A DNA stretch of 32,000 bases from Delftia acidovorans NBRC 14950 (GTDB lineage Bacteria > Pseudomonadota > Gammaproteobacteria > Burkholderiales > Burkholderiaceae_C). The DNA lies in the NCBI RefSeq assembly GCF_001598795.1, contig NZ_BCZP01000002.1, positions 240,001-272,000 on the forward strand. The letters are read 5' to 3'. Positions 1-8,828 of this stretch are shown one piece after another (positions within the stretch are counted from its first letter, which is position 1; the number at the start of each line of letters is the position of its first letter). The notes under the pieces were generated by a model. The model saw only the letters and a program-made list of their open reading frames with translations. It made no database searches and was not told the origin of the DNA. A program made the translations under genes and the position numbers.

Positions 1-128
1 CCACAAGCCCGGACGGCATGCACGCACTGTAGAAAATGCCGCCGCCGCGCACCATTCGGACGGTTACGCGCGGCGCTGCGTAGAAATACGGAGAAGCCAG
101 GCGCGCTGCTGGGCGAGGAGGTGGCGCT

Positions 129-770
129 TCAGGCGCCTGCCGCCGTGTCCGCCAGGCTGGCGTAGCGGCGTATGAGCTGGGCCAGGCTGGGCGCCTCCAG
201 CTTGGCGAAGAGGTTGGCACGGTGCGTTTCCACCGTGCGTGGCGACAGCTCCAGGCTGCGGCCTATCTCCTTGTTGGTCAGGCCCTGCACGATCAGCGCC
301 AGCACCTCGCGCTCGCGTGCCGAGAGCTGGGCGAAGCGCTGCTGCGCATCGCGGTCGGCCTGCTGGCGTTCGCGCGACTGCACATGCTGGCGCACGGCGC
401 CTTGCAGCGCGTCGATCAGCACTTCGTCGTCCACGGGCTTTTCCAGGAACTCGGCCGCGCCGGCCTTGAAGGCGCGCCGGCACATGTCCACCGTGCCATG
501 GCCGGTGAGCATGATCACGGGCTGGTCCACGCCCTGCTCCACCAGCCGGCCCAGCAGGGCCAGTCCGCCGATGCCGGGCATGCGCACGTCCATCACGATG
601 GCGCCTATGCCCTGGCGGTCCAGCCCTTCGAGAAAGGCCAGCGGATCGGCCCAGCACTGCACACGCAGGCCCACGGTGCCGATCAGCAGGGCCAGGCTGT
701 CGCGCACGGCCTCGTCGTCATCGACCAGATGGATCAGCGGGGACAGGTCTTGGGCAGGCGCGGCGGTCAT
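129..770 (-). CDS. Two-component response regulator, FixJ/NarL (LuxR-type HTH) family
   Basis: Translation begins MTAAPAQDLSPLIHLVDDDEAVRDSL, a receiver domain with the DD..D..K pattern. The C-terminus LSAREREVLALIVQGLTNKEIGRSLELSPRTVETHRANLFAKL is a LuxR/GerE HTH. The start was moved to the ATG at 770, which overlaps the upstream kinase stop by 4 nt (ATGA). The longer ORF to 848 adds an implausible N-terminus. Confidence 0.9.
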   Translation of the reverse strand: MTAAPAQDLSPLIHLVDDDEAVRDSLALLIGTVGLRVQCWADPLAFLEGLDRQGIGAIVMDVRMPGIGGLALLGRLVEQGVDQPVIMLTGHGTVDMCRRAFKAGAAEFLEKPVDDEVLIDALQGAVRQHVQSRERQQADRDAQQRFAQLSAREREVLALIVQGLTNKEIGRSLELSPRTVETHRANLFAKLEAPSLAQLIRRYASLADTAAGA

Positions 771-2335
771 GGGTTCGGTGGTGGTGGTGGTGTGGATGCG
801 GTGGGGGCGGCGCGTGCCGTGGATGCATTGGCGCATGCACTGGCGCACGCCGCAGGCAGCAGCAGCTCGAAGCGGGCTCCGCTGCCCGGTCCCGAGGCGG
901 CCAGCTCCAGGCTGCCGCTCATGGATTCGGCCAGGCTCTGGCTCAACGTCAGGCCCAGGCCCAGCCCCTGGGCGCGGCCCGTGGCAAATGGGGTGAACAG
1001 GCGCTGGCGCATCTCGGGCGCCACGCCGGGTCCGCTGTCCTGCACCGCCACCAGCAGGCGGTTGTCGCGTCGTTCCAGTTCCACCCGCAGATGGCGTGTT
1101 GCGGGCGGCTGCTCGTCCATGGTCTGCAGCGCATTGACCAGCAGGTTGTGCAGTATCTGCTGCACGGCCACGGGGTCGGCCTGGGCGGCGGGCAGATCGG
1201 CGGCCTGCACTTTCATCTGCACCTTGACCTGGACCTGGCGGCGCCGCAGCTCGGGCTCCAGCAGATAAAGCGCTTCGGCAACGGCCTGGTTCAGATCCAG
1301 CGGCTCGGCCTGGGGCGCAAGCCCCGGTTGCTCCACCAGGCGGCGCAGCCGTCCTACCACGGCGGACGCGCGCTTGGCCTGCTCGGCCGCCTGCGTCATG
1401 GCCTGGCGGGCGGCGTCCATCTCGGGCGGGTCCTCGGCCAGCAGGCGGCGCGCGGCCTGGCTGTTGGACAGCACGGCCGTCAGCGGCTGGTTCAGCTCAT
1501 GCGCCATGCCGGCGGCCAGTTCGCCCAGCGTATTGAGCCGAGCCACCTGGCCCAGCTGCAGCAACTGCTCGGCGCGGCGGCGGGCCACGCGCTGGCGCAG
1601 CAGGGCGCGCAGCGCTGCCACGGCCAGCGCGCAGCCCAGGGCCCAGCCCAGCATGGCCGTCCAGGGCAGCACCGAGGCGTCCAGCGGCTGGCGCAGGTAC
1701 AGCACCAGCGGCTGGCTGGGCGAGGCCAGGGTCTTGCTCACCTCCCAGGACCATGTGTTCCAGCCTGGCGAGCCGGTGCTGCCTGGCTGGATCAGGAATT
1801 CCTGCCCGCCCAGGGCCAGCCAGGCGCGCACCGGGCTGGTGGCCGGTGGCATGGGCCATTCGTCGGCGGGAATGATGGAGCGCAGATCCAGCAGCAATGC
1901 ATAGCTGGCCGGCAGCCCGGCCTGCACCAGGTACAGGCGGCCCCGGGCGAGATCGGCCAGGGCCAGTTCGGCATGGCCGCTGGCCTGGGAGCGGCGCTCG
2001 GCCTCGGCCATGCCGTGCGGCCAGGGCGCGGGCCAGGACTCGCCTGCGGCGGCCGAGCGGCGCGCCACATCCAGCACCTGCGGATACAGGCGCGGCAACT
2101 GCTTCCACGAGGCCTGGTCGGGCGCGGGCTGGCGCGGCTGCAGCAGCGCCAGCGTGCCCAGGATGGCATCGTGCTGCACCATGCGCTGGCTCAGCAGCCG
2201 GTGGGCAATGCGGGCATCGGTATCGAAGACCTCGCGCAGCGACTGCAGGCGAGCGTGCGCCAGCCAGGCCGCGCCGCAGCCTGCGGCCACGGCCCAGGCC
2301 AGCACCCACCCCGCTGTTCGCTGCCATCCATTCAT
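767..2335 (-). CDS. Sensor histidine kinase with two TM segments and a large periplasmic domain (FixL/DctS-like H-box)
   Basis: H-box LGELAAGMAHELNQPLTAV and an HATPase region (LVNALQ.., DSGPGV, GLGLGL). Hydrophobic segments flank a roughly 270-aa putative periplasmic region. The start was chosen at MNGWQRTAGWVLAWAV (ATG at 2335). The stop overlaps the regulator start. Confidence 0.85.
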   Translation of the reverse strand: MNGWQRTAGWVLAWAVAAGCGAAWLAHARLQSLREVFDTDARIAHRLLSQRMVQHDAILGTLALLQPRQPAPDQASWKQLPRLYPQVLDVARRSAAAGESWPAPWPHGMAEAERRSQASGHAELALADLARGRLYLVQAGLPASYALLLDLRSIIPADEWPMPPATSPVRAWLALGGQEFLIQPGSTGSPGWNTWSWEVSKTLASPSQPLVLYLRQPLDASVLPWTAMLGWALGCALAVAALRALLRQRVARRRAEQLLQLGQVARLNTLGELAAGMAHELNQPLTAVLSNSQAARRLLAEDPPEMDAARQAMTQAAEQAKRASAVVGRLRRLVEQPGLAPQAEPLDLNQAVAEALYLLEPELRRRQVQVKVQMKVQAADLPAAQADPVAVQQILHNLLVNALQTMDEQPPATRHLRVELERRDNRLLVAVQDSGPGVAPEMRQRLFTPFATGRAQGLGLGLTLSQSLAESMSGSLELAASGPGSGARFELLLPAACASACANASTARAAPTASTPPPPPNP

Positions 2336-2408
2336 GGCGCGGATTCTGGCATGCGGCCCGCGCAGGCAGTGGTCTAATCCGCAGCACCCCCACCTATCGC
2401 AGCGCAGC

Positions 2409-3401
2409 ATGGCCGAGTCCACTCCATCTACCGCCAACGCACCCGACTGGATGGCGCCGCACAGCCTGCTGCGCATCTCGGTCGTCGTGGCGCTGCTGAC
2501 CATCGTGCTCAAGACCCTGGCCTGGTGGCTCACGGGCTCGGTGGGCCTGCTGTCGGACGCGCTCGAATCCTTCGTCAACCTGGCCGGTGCCGTGTTCGCG
2601 CTGACCATGGTCACCATCGCCAAGCGGCCGGCGGACACCGACCATCCCTATGGCCACCACAAGGCCGAGTACTTCTCTGCGGGCTTCGAGGGCATCCTGG
2701 TCATCGGTGCCAGCCTGGCCATCGCCTGGGCGGCGCTGGCGCGGCTGTGGAACCCGCAGCCGCTGGAGCAATTGGGCTGGGGCCTGGCGCTGTCCGTGGT
2801 CAGCTCCGCCCTCAACGGGCTGCTGGCCGTGGCCATGCTGCGCTCGGCGCGCCAGCACCGCTCCATGGCGCTGGAGGGGGATGCCCGCCACCTGCTCACC
2901 GATGTCTGGACCTCGGCCGGCGTCGTCATCGGCCTGATGGGCGCAGCGCTCACAGGCTGGCTGTGGCTGGACGCGGCCGTGGCCATAGGGGTTGCGATCA
3001 ACATCTGCGTGCAGGGCGCGCAACTGGTCTGGCAGTCGTCCCAGGGCCTGATGGACCAGGCGCTGGACGCGCCCGAGCGCCTGCGCATCGACACCGTGCT
3101 GGACCGCCATGCGCACCGCGAGCATGGCGTGGTCTTCGACAACATCTCCAGCCGGCGTGCCGGCGAGCGCAGCTTTGCCGATCTGCACATGCATGTGCCC
3201 GGCGACTGGAGCGTGGCCCGCGCCGCGCGGCTGCGCACCGAGATCGAGGCCGAACTGCTGCAGGCCGTGCCCGGCCTGTATGCGCGCATCGAGCTGCTGC
3301 CCCTGGGCATGCAGACCGCCATGGAAGCCGCTATCGAGGCGGCAGGCCAGGCGGACACTCCTTCCCCATCCACCGACAAGAACCCGAACCCCGAACAATG
3401 A
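2409..3401 (+). CDS. Cation diffusion facilitator (CDF) family metal efflux transporter
   Basis: [51 protein letters not shown] and [13 protein letters not shown] are typical CDF TM motifs, followed by a C-terminal cytoplasmic domain. The start (ATG 2409) is uncertain because no clear SD precedes it. An in-frame ATG at 2451 is an alternative. Confidence 0.85.
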   Translation: MAESTPSTANAPDWMAPHSLLRISVVVALLTIVLKTLAWWLTGSVGLLSDALESFVNLAGAVFALTMVTIAKRPADTDHPYGHHKAEYFSAGFEGILVIGASLAIAWAALARLWNPQPLEQLGWGLALSVVSSALNGLLAVAMLRSARQHRSMALEGDARHLLTDVWTSAGVVIGLMGAALTGWLWLDAAVAIGVAINICVQGAQLVWQSSQGLMDQALDAPERLRIDTVLDRHAHREHGVVFDNISSRRAGERSFADLHMHVPGDWSVARAARLRTEIEAELLQAVPGLYARIELLPLGMQTAMEAAIEAAGQADTPSPSTDKNPNPEQ

Positions 3402-3868
3402 TCAGCATCCTGCAGCGCGTGAAACAGGCGCGCGTGGAAATCGACGGCCAGGTCGCCGGCAGCATAGGCCCCGGCCTGCTGGCCCTGGTCTGCGCAGAGC
3501 GCGGCGACACCGAGGCCGAGGCCGACAAGCTGCTGGCCAAGATGCTCAAGCTGCGCATCTTTGCCGACGACGCGGGCAAGATGAACCGCAGCGTGCAGGA
3601 CCTGGACGGGCAGGGCGCCTGCGGGGGCCTGCTCATCGTCAGCCAGTTCACGCTGGCGGCCGACACCGGCGGCGGCAACCGCCCCAGCTTCACGCGCGCG
3701 GCGCCACCGGCCGAGGGCGAGCGCCTGTACGACTACATCGTCCAGCGGGCGCGCGCCCTGCATCCCGACGTGGCCACGGGCCGCTTCGGCGCCGACATGC
3801 AGGTGCACCTGCTCAACGACGGGCCCGTGACCATTCCGCTGTCGATCCCCCCAGCCGCAGCCGCTTAG
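3398..3868 (+). CDS. dtd: D-aminoacyl-tRNA deacylase
   Basis: [31 protein letters not shown]...[10 protein letters not shown]...GNRPSF...[15 protein letters not shown] matches the Dtd family end to end. The ATG overlaps the CDF stop (ATGA). Confidence 0.9.
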   Translation: MISILQRVKQARVEIDGQVAGSIGPGLLALVCAERGDTEAEADKLLAKMLKLRIFADDAGKMNRSVQDLDGQGACGGLLIVSQFTLAADTGGGNRPSFTRAAPPAEGERLYDYIVQRARALHPDVATGRFGADMQVHLLNDGPVTIPLSIPPAAAA

Positions 3869-4000
3869 CTGCCGCAGACCTGCTGCAGACCTGCTGTTCT
3901 GGGGCGGATTCTGGCGCGATCTGCGAGCACGTCCTGGCCGGAAAAGGGCTGCAAAGCCCGTATTCTTGCGGCCTCAGCATTCATCGACAGACCGACGACC

Positions 4001-5776
4001 ATGAAGAACCATCCGTTCAAAGCCTCCACCCTGGCCCTTGCCATGAGCATGGCCCTGGCGTGGAGCGGCGCGGCCGGCGCCGACACCCTCAGGAAGCCCG
4101 CGCTGGACGCGCTGGCCCAGGCCCAGCCGGCACCCACCGACTTCGCCAGCTTCCTGAAGCAGGCCGCGGCCGCGCAGCCTGTCATCGCCCAGGCCGTGCA
4201 GCGACATGCGGCAGGCCAGGCGCTTGCGGGAGAGGACCTCGACCACATCGCCCGCCTGCTGGGCCTGTACACGCGGCTCACGCAGGAGCAGGCCGTGCTC
4301 GCCAGCATCGAGCGCATGGTCGCCCTGCCCACCGTGCGCGATGCCAAGGTGCCGCCCCATGAAAGCCCGGCCATCCTGGCTTTCGGCGAACTGGTGCAGC
4401 AGATGGCCAGGGACTTCGGCCTGCAGTACCGCAACGTGGACAACCGCATCTTCGAAGTCACCCTGCCTGCGAACGCCGCGAGTGCCTCGAACTCGGGCAC
4501 CGATGAATTCGGCATCCTCACCCATGCAGACGTCGTCCCCGTCGTCCCCGCCGAATGGGTGCTGGACGGCCAGGCCATCGACCCCTTCAAGGTCACGCGC
4601 GTGGGCGACAAGCTCTACGGGCGCGGCACCATCGACGACAAGGGCTCCATCGCCACCGTGCTGTTCGCCATGAAGGCCGTCAAGGACAGCGGCCTGCCCC
4701 TGTCGCGCGGCATTCGCCTCATGATCGAGACCACCGAGGAAACCGGCGGCGATGCCATGAAGTACTACCAGGGCAAGACCACGCTGCCCGCTTACAACAT
4801 CGTGCTGGACAGCAAGTACCCAGCCGTCGTCGCGGAAAAAGGCTCGGGCGCGCTCAAGGCCGTGTTTGACGACGTGAAGGCCGATCCCGCCCAGCCCGCC
4901 ATCACCGCCATGGCCGGCGCCGCATCGGCCAACGCCATTGCCCAGACCGCCACCGCCACCATAACGGCCGGCGACGAAGCCGCCATCGAAGCCATCGCCG
5001 CGCGCCTGCAGGCGGCCAAGGGTGACTTCACCACCAGCTATGCAGGGCAGGGCGGGCCGTTCACCATCGACATCCAGCGCAGCGGCACCGCAGCCACCGT
5101 CAAGGTCACGGGCACCTCGGCCCACGGCTCGCGCCCTGAGGAAGGCGTCAACCCCGTGCCGCGCCTGACGCTGTTCCTGCAGCAGGTGCTCATGCCCACC
5201 GATGGCGTGGCCCTGGTCCAGCCCAATGCCTACAGCAACGCCCTGCGCTACATCAACGGCGCCTTTGGCCTCGACTACTTCGGCAAGCAACTGGGCGTTG
5301 CCTATGCCGACGACTTCATGGGCCCGCTGACCCTGTCGCCCAACCTCATCAAGGCGGCAGACGGCAAGCTGGAAGTCACCACCAACGTGCGCATGCCGCG
5401 CGGCAAGACGCCCGAGCAACTGCGCACCGAAGTCGAGCAACGCATCACCCGCTGGAGCGCGGCCGCCAAGGTCCCCCTGACCCTGCAATACACCCAGGGC
5501 AACTGGATGGCGCGCGACCCCAAGGGCGCCTGGCTGTCCACCCTGCTCAACATCTTCGGCGACACCACGGGCCTGGACGCCAAGCCCGTGCCCACGGCCG
5601 GCAGCACCACGGCCAAGCTCATGCCCAACGCCATCAACTTCGGCCCCGCCATGCCCGGCAAGAAGTACACGGCGCACAACGCGCTCGAATACAAGGAGCT
5701 GCCCGACCTGCGCGCCGACATGCAGATGTTCACGGAAATGCTGGTGCGCATCGGGAATCTGAAGCAGATGCAGTGA
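4001..5776 (+). CDS. Secreted M20-family metallopeptidase (dipeptidase-like)
   Basis: N-terminal signal peptide MKNHPFKASTLALAMSMALAWSGAAGA. M20 motifs are present: THADVVPV, GRGTIDDKG, and metal-ligand-like EETGG. The high GC3 frame is consistent with the host. Confidence 0.85.
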   Translation: MKNHPFKASTLALAMSMALAWSGAAGADTLRKPALDALAQAQPAPTDFASFLKQAAAAQPVIAQAVQRHAAGQALAGEDLDHIARLLGLYTRLTQEQAVLASIERMVALPTVRDAKVPPHESPAILAFGELVQQMARDFGLQYRNVDNRIFEVTLPANAASASNSGTDEFGILTHADVVPVVPAEWVLDGQAIDPFKVTRVGDKLYGRGTIDDKGSIATVLFAMKAVKDSGLPLSRGIRLMIETTEETGGDAMKYYQGKTTLPAYNIVLDSKYPAVVAEKGSGALKAVFDDVKADPAQPAITAMAGAASANAIAQTATATITAGDEAAIEAIAARLQAAKGDFTTSYAGQGGPFTIDIQRSGTAATVKVTGTSAHGSRPEEGVNPVPRLTLFLQQVLMPTDGVALVQPNAYSNALRYINGAFGLDYFGKQLGVAYADDFMGPLTLSPNLIKAADGKLEVTTNVRMPRGKTPEQLRTEVEQRITRWSAAAKVPLTLQYTQGNWMARDPKGAWLSTLLNIFGDTTGLDAKPVPTAGSTTAKLMPNAINFGPAMPGKKYTAHNALEYKELPDLRADMQMFTEMLVRIGNLKQMQ

Positions 5777-5800
5777 CACTCTCCGGCTATTGAAATGCGA

Positions 5801-5831
5801 AAGCGCCTTGTGAAAGCAAGGCGCTTTTTTT
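5801..5831 (+). terminator. Rho-independent terminator downstream of the M20 peptidase
   Basis: Perfect 10-bp stem aagcgccttg / caaggcgctt with a 6-nt loop, running into a T7 tract, 25 nt after the stop codon. Confidence 0.75.
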
Positions 5832-5902
5832 CATCCACTTCCGCCCAGTCATTCGACACATGAAAGCCGACTGCCCTGGATGCGGCACAGGCCTGCCTGC
5901 AT

Positions 5903-6298
5903 TCAACCTTCCGGACCATGCTCCGCGTATTCCACAAAGGACGGTGCTTCATCAAACAGTTGCAAGAGCAGTTTCAGGTGCCGGGCGTAGAGGCTCTGTG
6001 GCCGGTTGAAGGCCTGGGCGGCCAGGGCGATGGCTGCGCGGGCGAGGTACCACTCGTTGTCGAATTCGCTGGCGTCCTCGAATACCTTGTGCCGAATTTG
6101 CCGGATGTGGTTCAGCGCCAGGTCTGCGGCCAGGTCCACCTCTACATCCGCGTCATGCCAGTCCATGTCGGCACAGCGTGTTTCGATCAGGGCAACCAGC
6201 CCCATCTCTGCGCGGGCAATGGACAGGGCGATCATTTGCTGCATGGTTGGCCAGGCAGCGGTGTCTACTAGGTGCGACTGCTTGGACGCGGCATCCAT
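5903..6298 (-). CDS. Hypothetical acidic helical protein (131 aa), no family recognised
   Basis: A strong SD (gggaggag) lies 8 nt upstream of the ATG at 6298. The ORF sits in a visibly lower-GC stretch and is divergent from the Arc-like gene. Confidence 0.55.
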   Translation of the reverse strand: MDAASKQSHLVDTAAWPTMQQMIALSIARAEMGLVALIETRCADMDWHDADVEVDLAADLALNHIRQIRHKVFEDASEFDNEWYLARAAIALAAQAFNRPQSLYARHLKLLLQLFDEAPSFVEYAEHGPEG

Positions 6299-6345
6299 GT
6301 CGGTAACTCCTCCCGATTCGGTATTGGTGCGTGGCGAGCCACTCT

Positions 6346-6388
6346 GAATCTATTAGATATTTTTGATTGTTTGATGTCAAATAGATTC
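6346..6388. promoter_or_regulatory. Inverted repeat gaatctatt / aatagattc in an AT-rich divergent intergenic region; candidate operator
   Basis: A 9-bp perfect inverted repeat (6346-6354 and 6380-6388). Two further direct gaatct copies lie at 6397 and 6415, between the divergent 131-aa gene and the Arc-like gene. Confidence 0.4.
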
Positions 6389-6425
6389 TTTGTCATGAAT
6401 CTTTCTGATGTCCAGAATCTGGCGG

Positions 6426-6788
6426 ATGACTGACAAGCAAGTGCCGTCCTACCCGTTGCGTATGCCTGTGGAGCTGCGTGAAAAGCTCACCCTCGTTGCC
6501 AAGAACAACAATCGCAGCGTGAACGCAGAAATCATTGCGAGGCTGGAGAGCAGCCTTGACGCAACCGGTGCCAAAGCAGACTTTGGACAGGATGTGGCCG
6601 TTCGGTCCGCGATGGCGGCGTCGCTTGCGGATGTGGCCGTTTTGACGCTGACCCAGGATGAGTCATGGAAAGAGGACGTCGCACGCAGGGTTGCTGAAAG
6701 CCTGCGTGCAATGCCATTGGTGTCTGCTGAGACGGCACCGGTGGATGCACAGCCGCCAAAGAATAGGCAGCGGCCAAGGAAGGCCTGA
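6426..6788 (+). CDS. Arc/MetJ-type ribbon-helix-helix DNA-binding protein with a C-terminal extension
   Basis: The N-terminus PSYPLRMPVELREKLTLVAKNNNRSVNAEIIARLESSL matches the Arc-domain pattern (beta strand, then ...RS.N.EI...L). The start could be ATG 6408 or 6426. Confidence 0.7.
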   Translation: MTDKQVPSYPLRMPVELREKLTLVAKNNNRSVNAEIIARLESSLDATGAKADFGQDVAVRSAMAASLADVAVLTLTQDESWKEDVARRVAESLRAMPLVSAETAPVDAQPPKNRQRPRKA

Positions 6789-6816
6789 GCAGCGGCCCTT
6801 CTTCAAAAACCCCGCC

Positions 6817-7575
6817 TCACTGCCTCCAGAAAAACACCCCCGCCATCACCAGCCCCGTCAGCACGATGCCTGCGCGCAGCCATTCGGGCGGGATGCGGCG
6901 CGCCAGGCGGGCGCCGCCGTAGCCGCCTGCGGTGGCGGCAATCATCATGACCAGGGCCTGCTCCCACTGCACGACGCCGCCGGCCGCATAGATGGCGACG
7001 GCAATGGCCGTGAGCAGGGCGGAGACCAGGTTCTTCATGCCGTTCATGGCGTGCAGCCTTGTCTGGCCCAGCAGGCCGAACAGGGCCAGCAGCAGGATGC
7101 CCAGGCCGCCGTTGAAGTAGCCGCCGTAGATGGCCACGGCCAGCATGCCGGCGCCGGCCTTCAGGGGCGATGCATGGGCGGCATGCTCGGCGCTGCCGCG
7201 TGATGCCATGCGCCTGAGCTGGGGCGCGAAGGCGAACATGGCGGTGGCGGCCAGCAGCAGCCAGGGGACGACCTTGCGGAACAGGTGGTCGGGCGTGACC
7301 AGCAGCAGGGCCGCGCCCAGAGAGCCGCCGATGAGTGACAGCACGATGACGCCGCGCATGCCCAGGCCGGGCGGCGGCTCCATGTCCTGGCGAAAGCCCC
7401 AGGCACCGGCCATGTAGCCGGGCAGCAGGGCGACGGTGCCAGTGGCGTTGGCGGCCACGGGCGGCACGCCGGTGAAGACCAGGGCGGGCAGGGTGAGGAA
7501 GCTGCCGCCTCCTGCAACGGCATTGAGCGCGCCGGCCACGAAGGCGGCGCTCATGAGCAGTGCGATGTCCCACAT
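6817..7575 (-). CDS. TauE/SafE family sulfite/anion exporter (DUF81 membrane protein)
   Basis: Polytopic membrane protein. The N-terminal FVAGALNAVAGGGSFLTLPALVF and the repeated internal half are typical of TauE/SafE. SD aggagga lies upstream of the ATG. Confidence 0.85.
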   Translation of the reverse strand: MWDIALLMSAAFVAGALNAVAGGGSFLTLPALVFTGVPPVAANATGTVALLPGYMAGAWGFRQDMEPPPGLGMRGVIVLSLIGGSLGAALLLVTPDHLFRKVVPWLLLAATAMFAFAPQLRRMASRGSAEHAAHASPLKAGAGMLAVAIYGGYFNGGLGILLLALFGLLGQTRLHAMNGMKNLVSALLTAIAVAIYAAGGVVQWEQALVMMIAATAGGYGGARLARRIPPEWLRAGIVLTGLVMAGVFFWRQ

Positions 7576-7765
7576 GGGTGTTGTCTCCTCCTGGAGCCGG
7601 GCATCGGCAGGCCGCCGTGGCCTTGCGCGGCCAGGCCGGTGTTATAGGTCGAGGCCGATCTTAGTGCCGGACCATCGGGCGGGCTGTCGCACCGGCATGG
7701 CGGCGGGGTCAGGGCTGCTTTGCGCAAAAGGACAGGATCGCGCTGGCGTGGTGGCCGCCTGGCGA

Positions 7766-8710
7766 CTAGGGCGGCTCCACCCCCGGGCCGGGCAGGCCCA
7801 GCGTGGCGCGCAGCAGGGCGACGCGTGGGTTGGCGACGGCGCTGCGGTAGATCAGCGCCACGGGGCCCATGGAGATGGCGGGTGTGACATGCACCCTGCG
7901 CACCCCCAGCGACCGGGGCGAGGCCTGTAGCGTGGAGTCGGGCACGGCGCTGAGCCCCAGGCCGGCCCGGACCAGTTGCAGGTTGGTGAAGGGGCTGGTG
8001 GATTCGATGACGGGCGTGGGCGCGATCACGCCTTCGCGGCGGAACACCTCTTCCATCATGCGGCGCAGCATGGAGCTGCGCGTGGGCAGGATCCATCGCT
8101 GGCGCGCCAGCTCCTCCCAGCGGTTGCTGCGAGCGTGGCCTGCAGGGTGGTCCGGCGGGGCGATGACGGTGAAGCCGGTGTCGAACAGTTTTTCGTAGCG
8201 CAGCGGCTGGCCTGCAGCCTCGGGCAGTTCGGTGGGGTAGCTGGTGATGAGGGCATCGAGCTGGCCGTCCAGCAGGCATTGCACAAGCAAAGGCACGCGT
8301 TCTTCCTTGAGCTGTACACGCACATGGGGCTGCTGTGCGGCCAGGTCCGCCAGTACGCCGGGCAGGTAGCCCTGTGCCACGAAGGGCGGGGTGCCGATGC
8401 GCAGCAAGGTGATGGCGGGTTGCTGGGCGGTCTCGCTGCCCAGATGGCGCAGCTCGGCCAGCAGCATGGCCGCGCCGCGGATGGCGATCTCGCCCTGGGC
8501 CGTGGGTTCGAGCCCGCGCGCATTGCGCAGGAACAGCGTCACGCCGAAGGCCGCCTCGATTTCGCCCAGGGCCTTGCTCAGCGCGGGCTGGGTCAAATGC
8601 ATGAGGCCGGCGGCGGCACGCAGGCTGCCTCCCTGGTGCAGGGCCAGCAGGAGCTGCAGGTGCTTGAAGCGCAGCCGCGACAGCAGGCGTTGCGGGTCGA
8701 AGTCGTGCAT
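7766..8710 (-). CDS. LysR-family transcriptional regulator
   Basis: LRFKHLQLLLALHQGGSLRAAAGLMHLTQPALSKALGEIEAAFGVTLFLRNARG is a LysR wHTH, followed by a substrate-binding domain. The start was trimmed to MHDFDPQ (ATG 8710). The gene is divergent from the Bug operon. Confidence 0.9.
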   Translation of the reverse strand: MHDFDPQRLLSRLRFKHLQLLLALHQGGSLRAAAGLMHLTQPALSKALGEIEAAFGVTLFLRNARGLEPTAQGEIAIRGAAMLLAELRHLGSETAQQPAITLLRIGTPPFVAQGYLPGVLADLAAQQPHVRVQLKEERVPLLVQCLLDGQLDALITSYPTELPEAAGQPLRYEKLFDTGFTVIAPPDHPAGHARSNRWEELARQRWILPTRSSMLRRMMEEVFRREGVIAPTPVIESTSPFTNLQLVRAGLGLSAVPDSTLQASPRSLGVRRVHVTPAISMGPVALIYRSAVANPRVALLRATLGLPGPGVEPP

Positions 8711-8738
8711 GTTCCCGGGGGTGGAGTGATTACCGGAG

Positions 8739-8757
8739 GTTTGCCATCCATCCAAAC
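8739..8757. promoter_or_regulatory. Candidate LysR binding site (T-N11-A within the dyad gtttg-N9-caaac)
   Basis: gtttgccatccatccaaac is a 5-bp perfect dyad that satisfies T-N11-A. It lies in the 118-bp region between the divergent LysR gene and the Bug/CoA-transferase operon. Confidence 0.35.
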
Positions 8758-8828
8758 ATATCACTATTGGAAATGGGCCTGCCGTTCTATCGTGACCCCA
8801 CGACGACAAGCGACAAGGAGACAGGACC

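Noticed and set aside
770-848. A run of gtggtggtggtgg encoding TTTTT in the extended response-regulator ORF and PPPPP at the kinase C-terminus.
   Set aside because: It is explained by the kinase's low-complexity Pro-rich C-terminal tail read on the coding strand. The regulator more plausibly starts at 770, so there is no separate feature.
3874-3895. A perfect tandem duplication of the 11-mer gcagacctgct just after the dtd stop, and a small gggct-gcaa-agccc hairpin near 3945.
   Set aside because: With only two copies, this is most simply a slippage duplication in an intergenic spacer. The hairpin has only 5 bp and no proper U-tract, so I do not call it a terminator.
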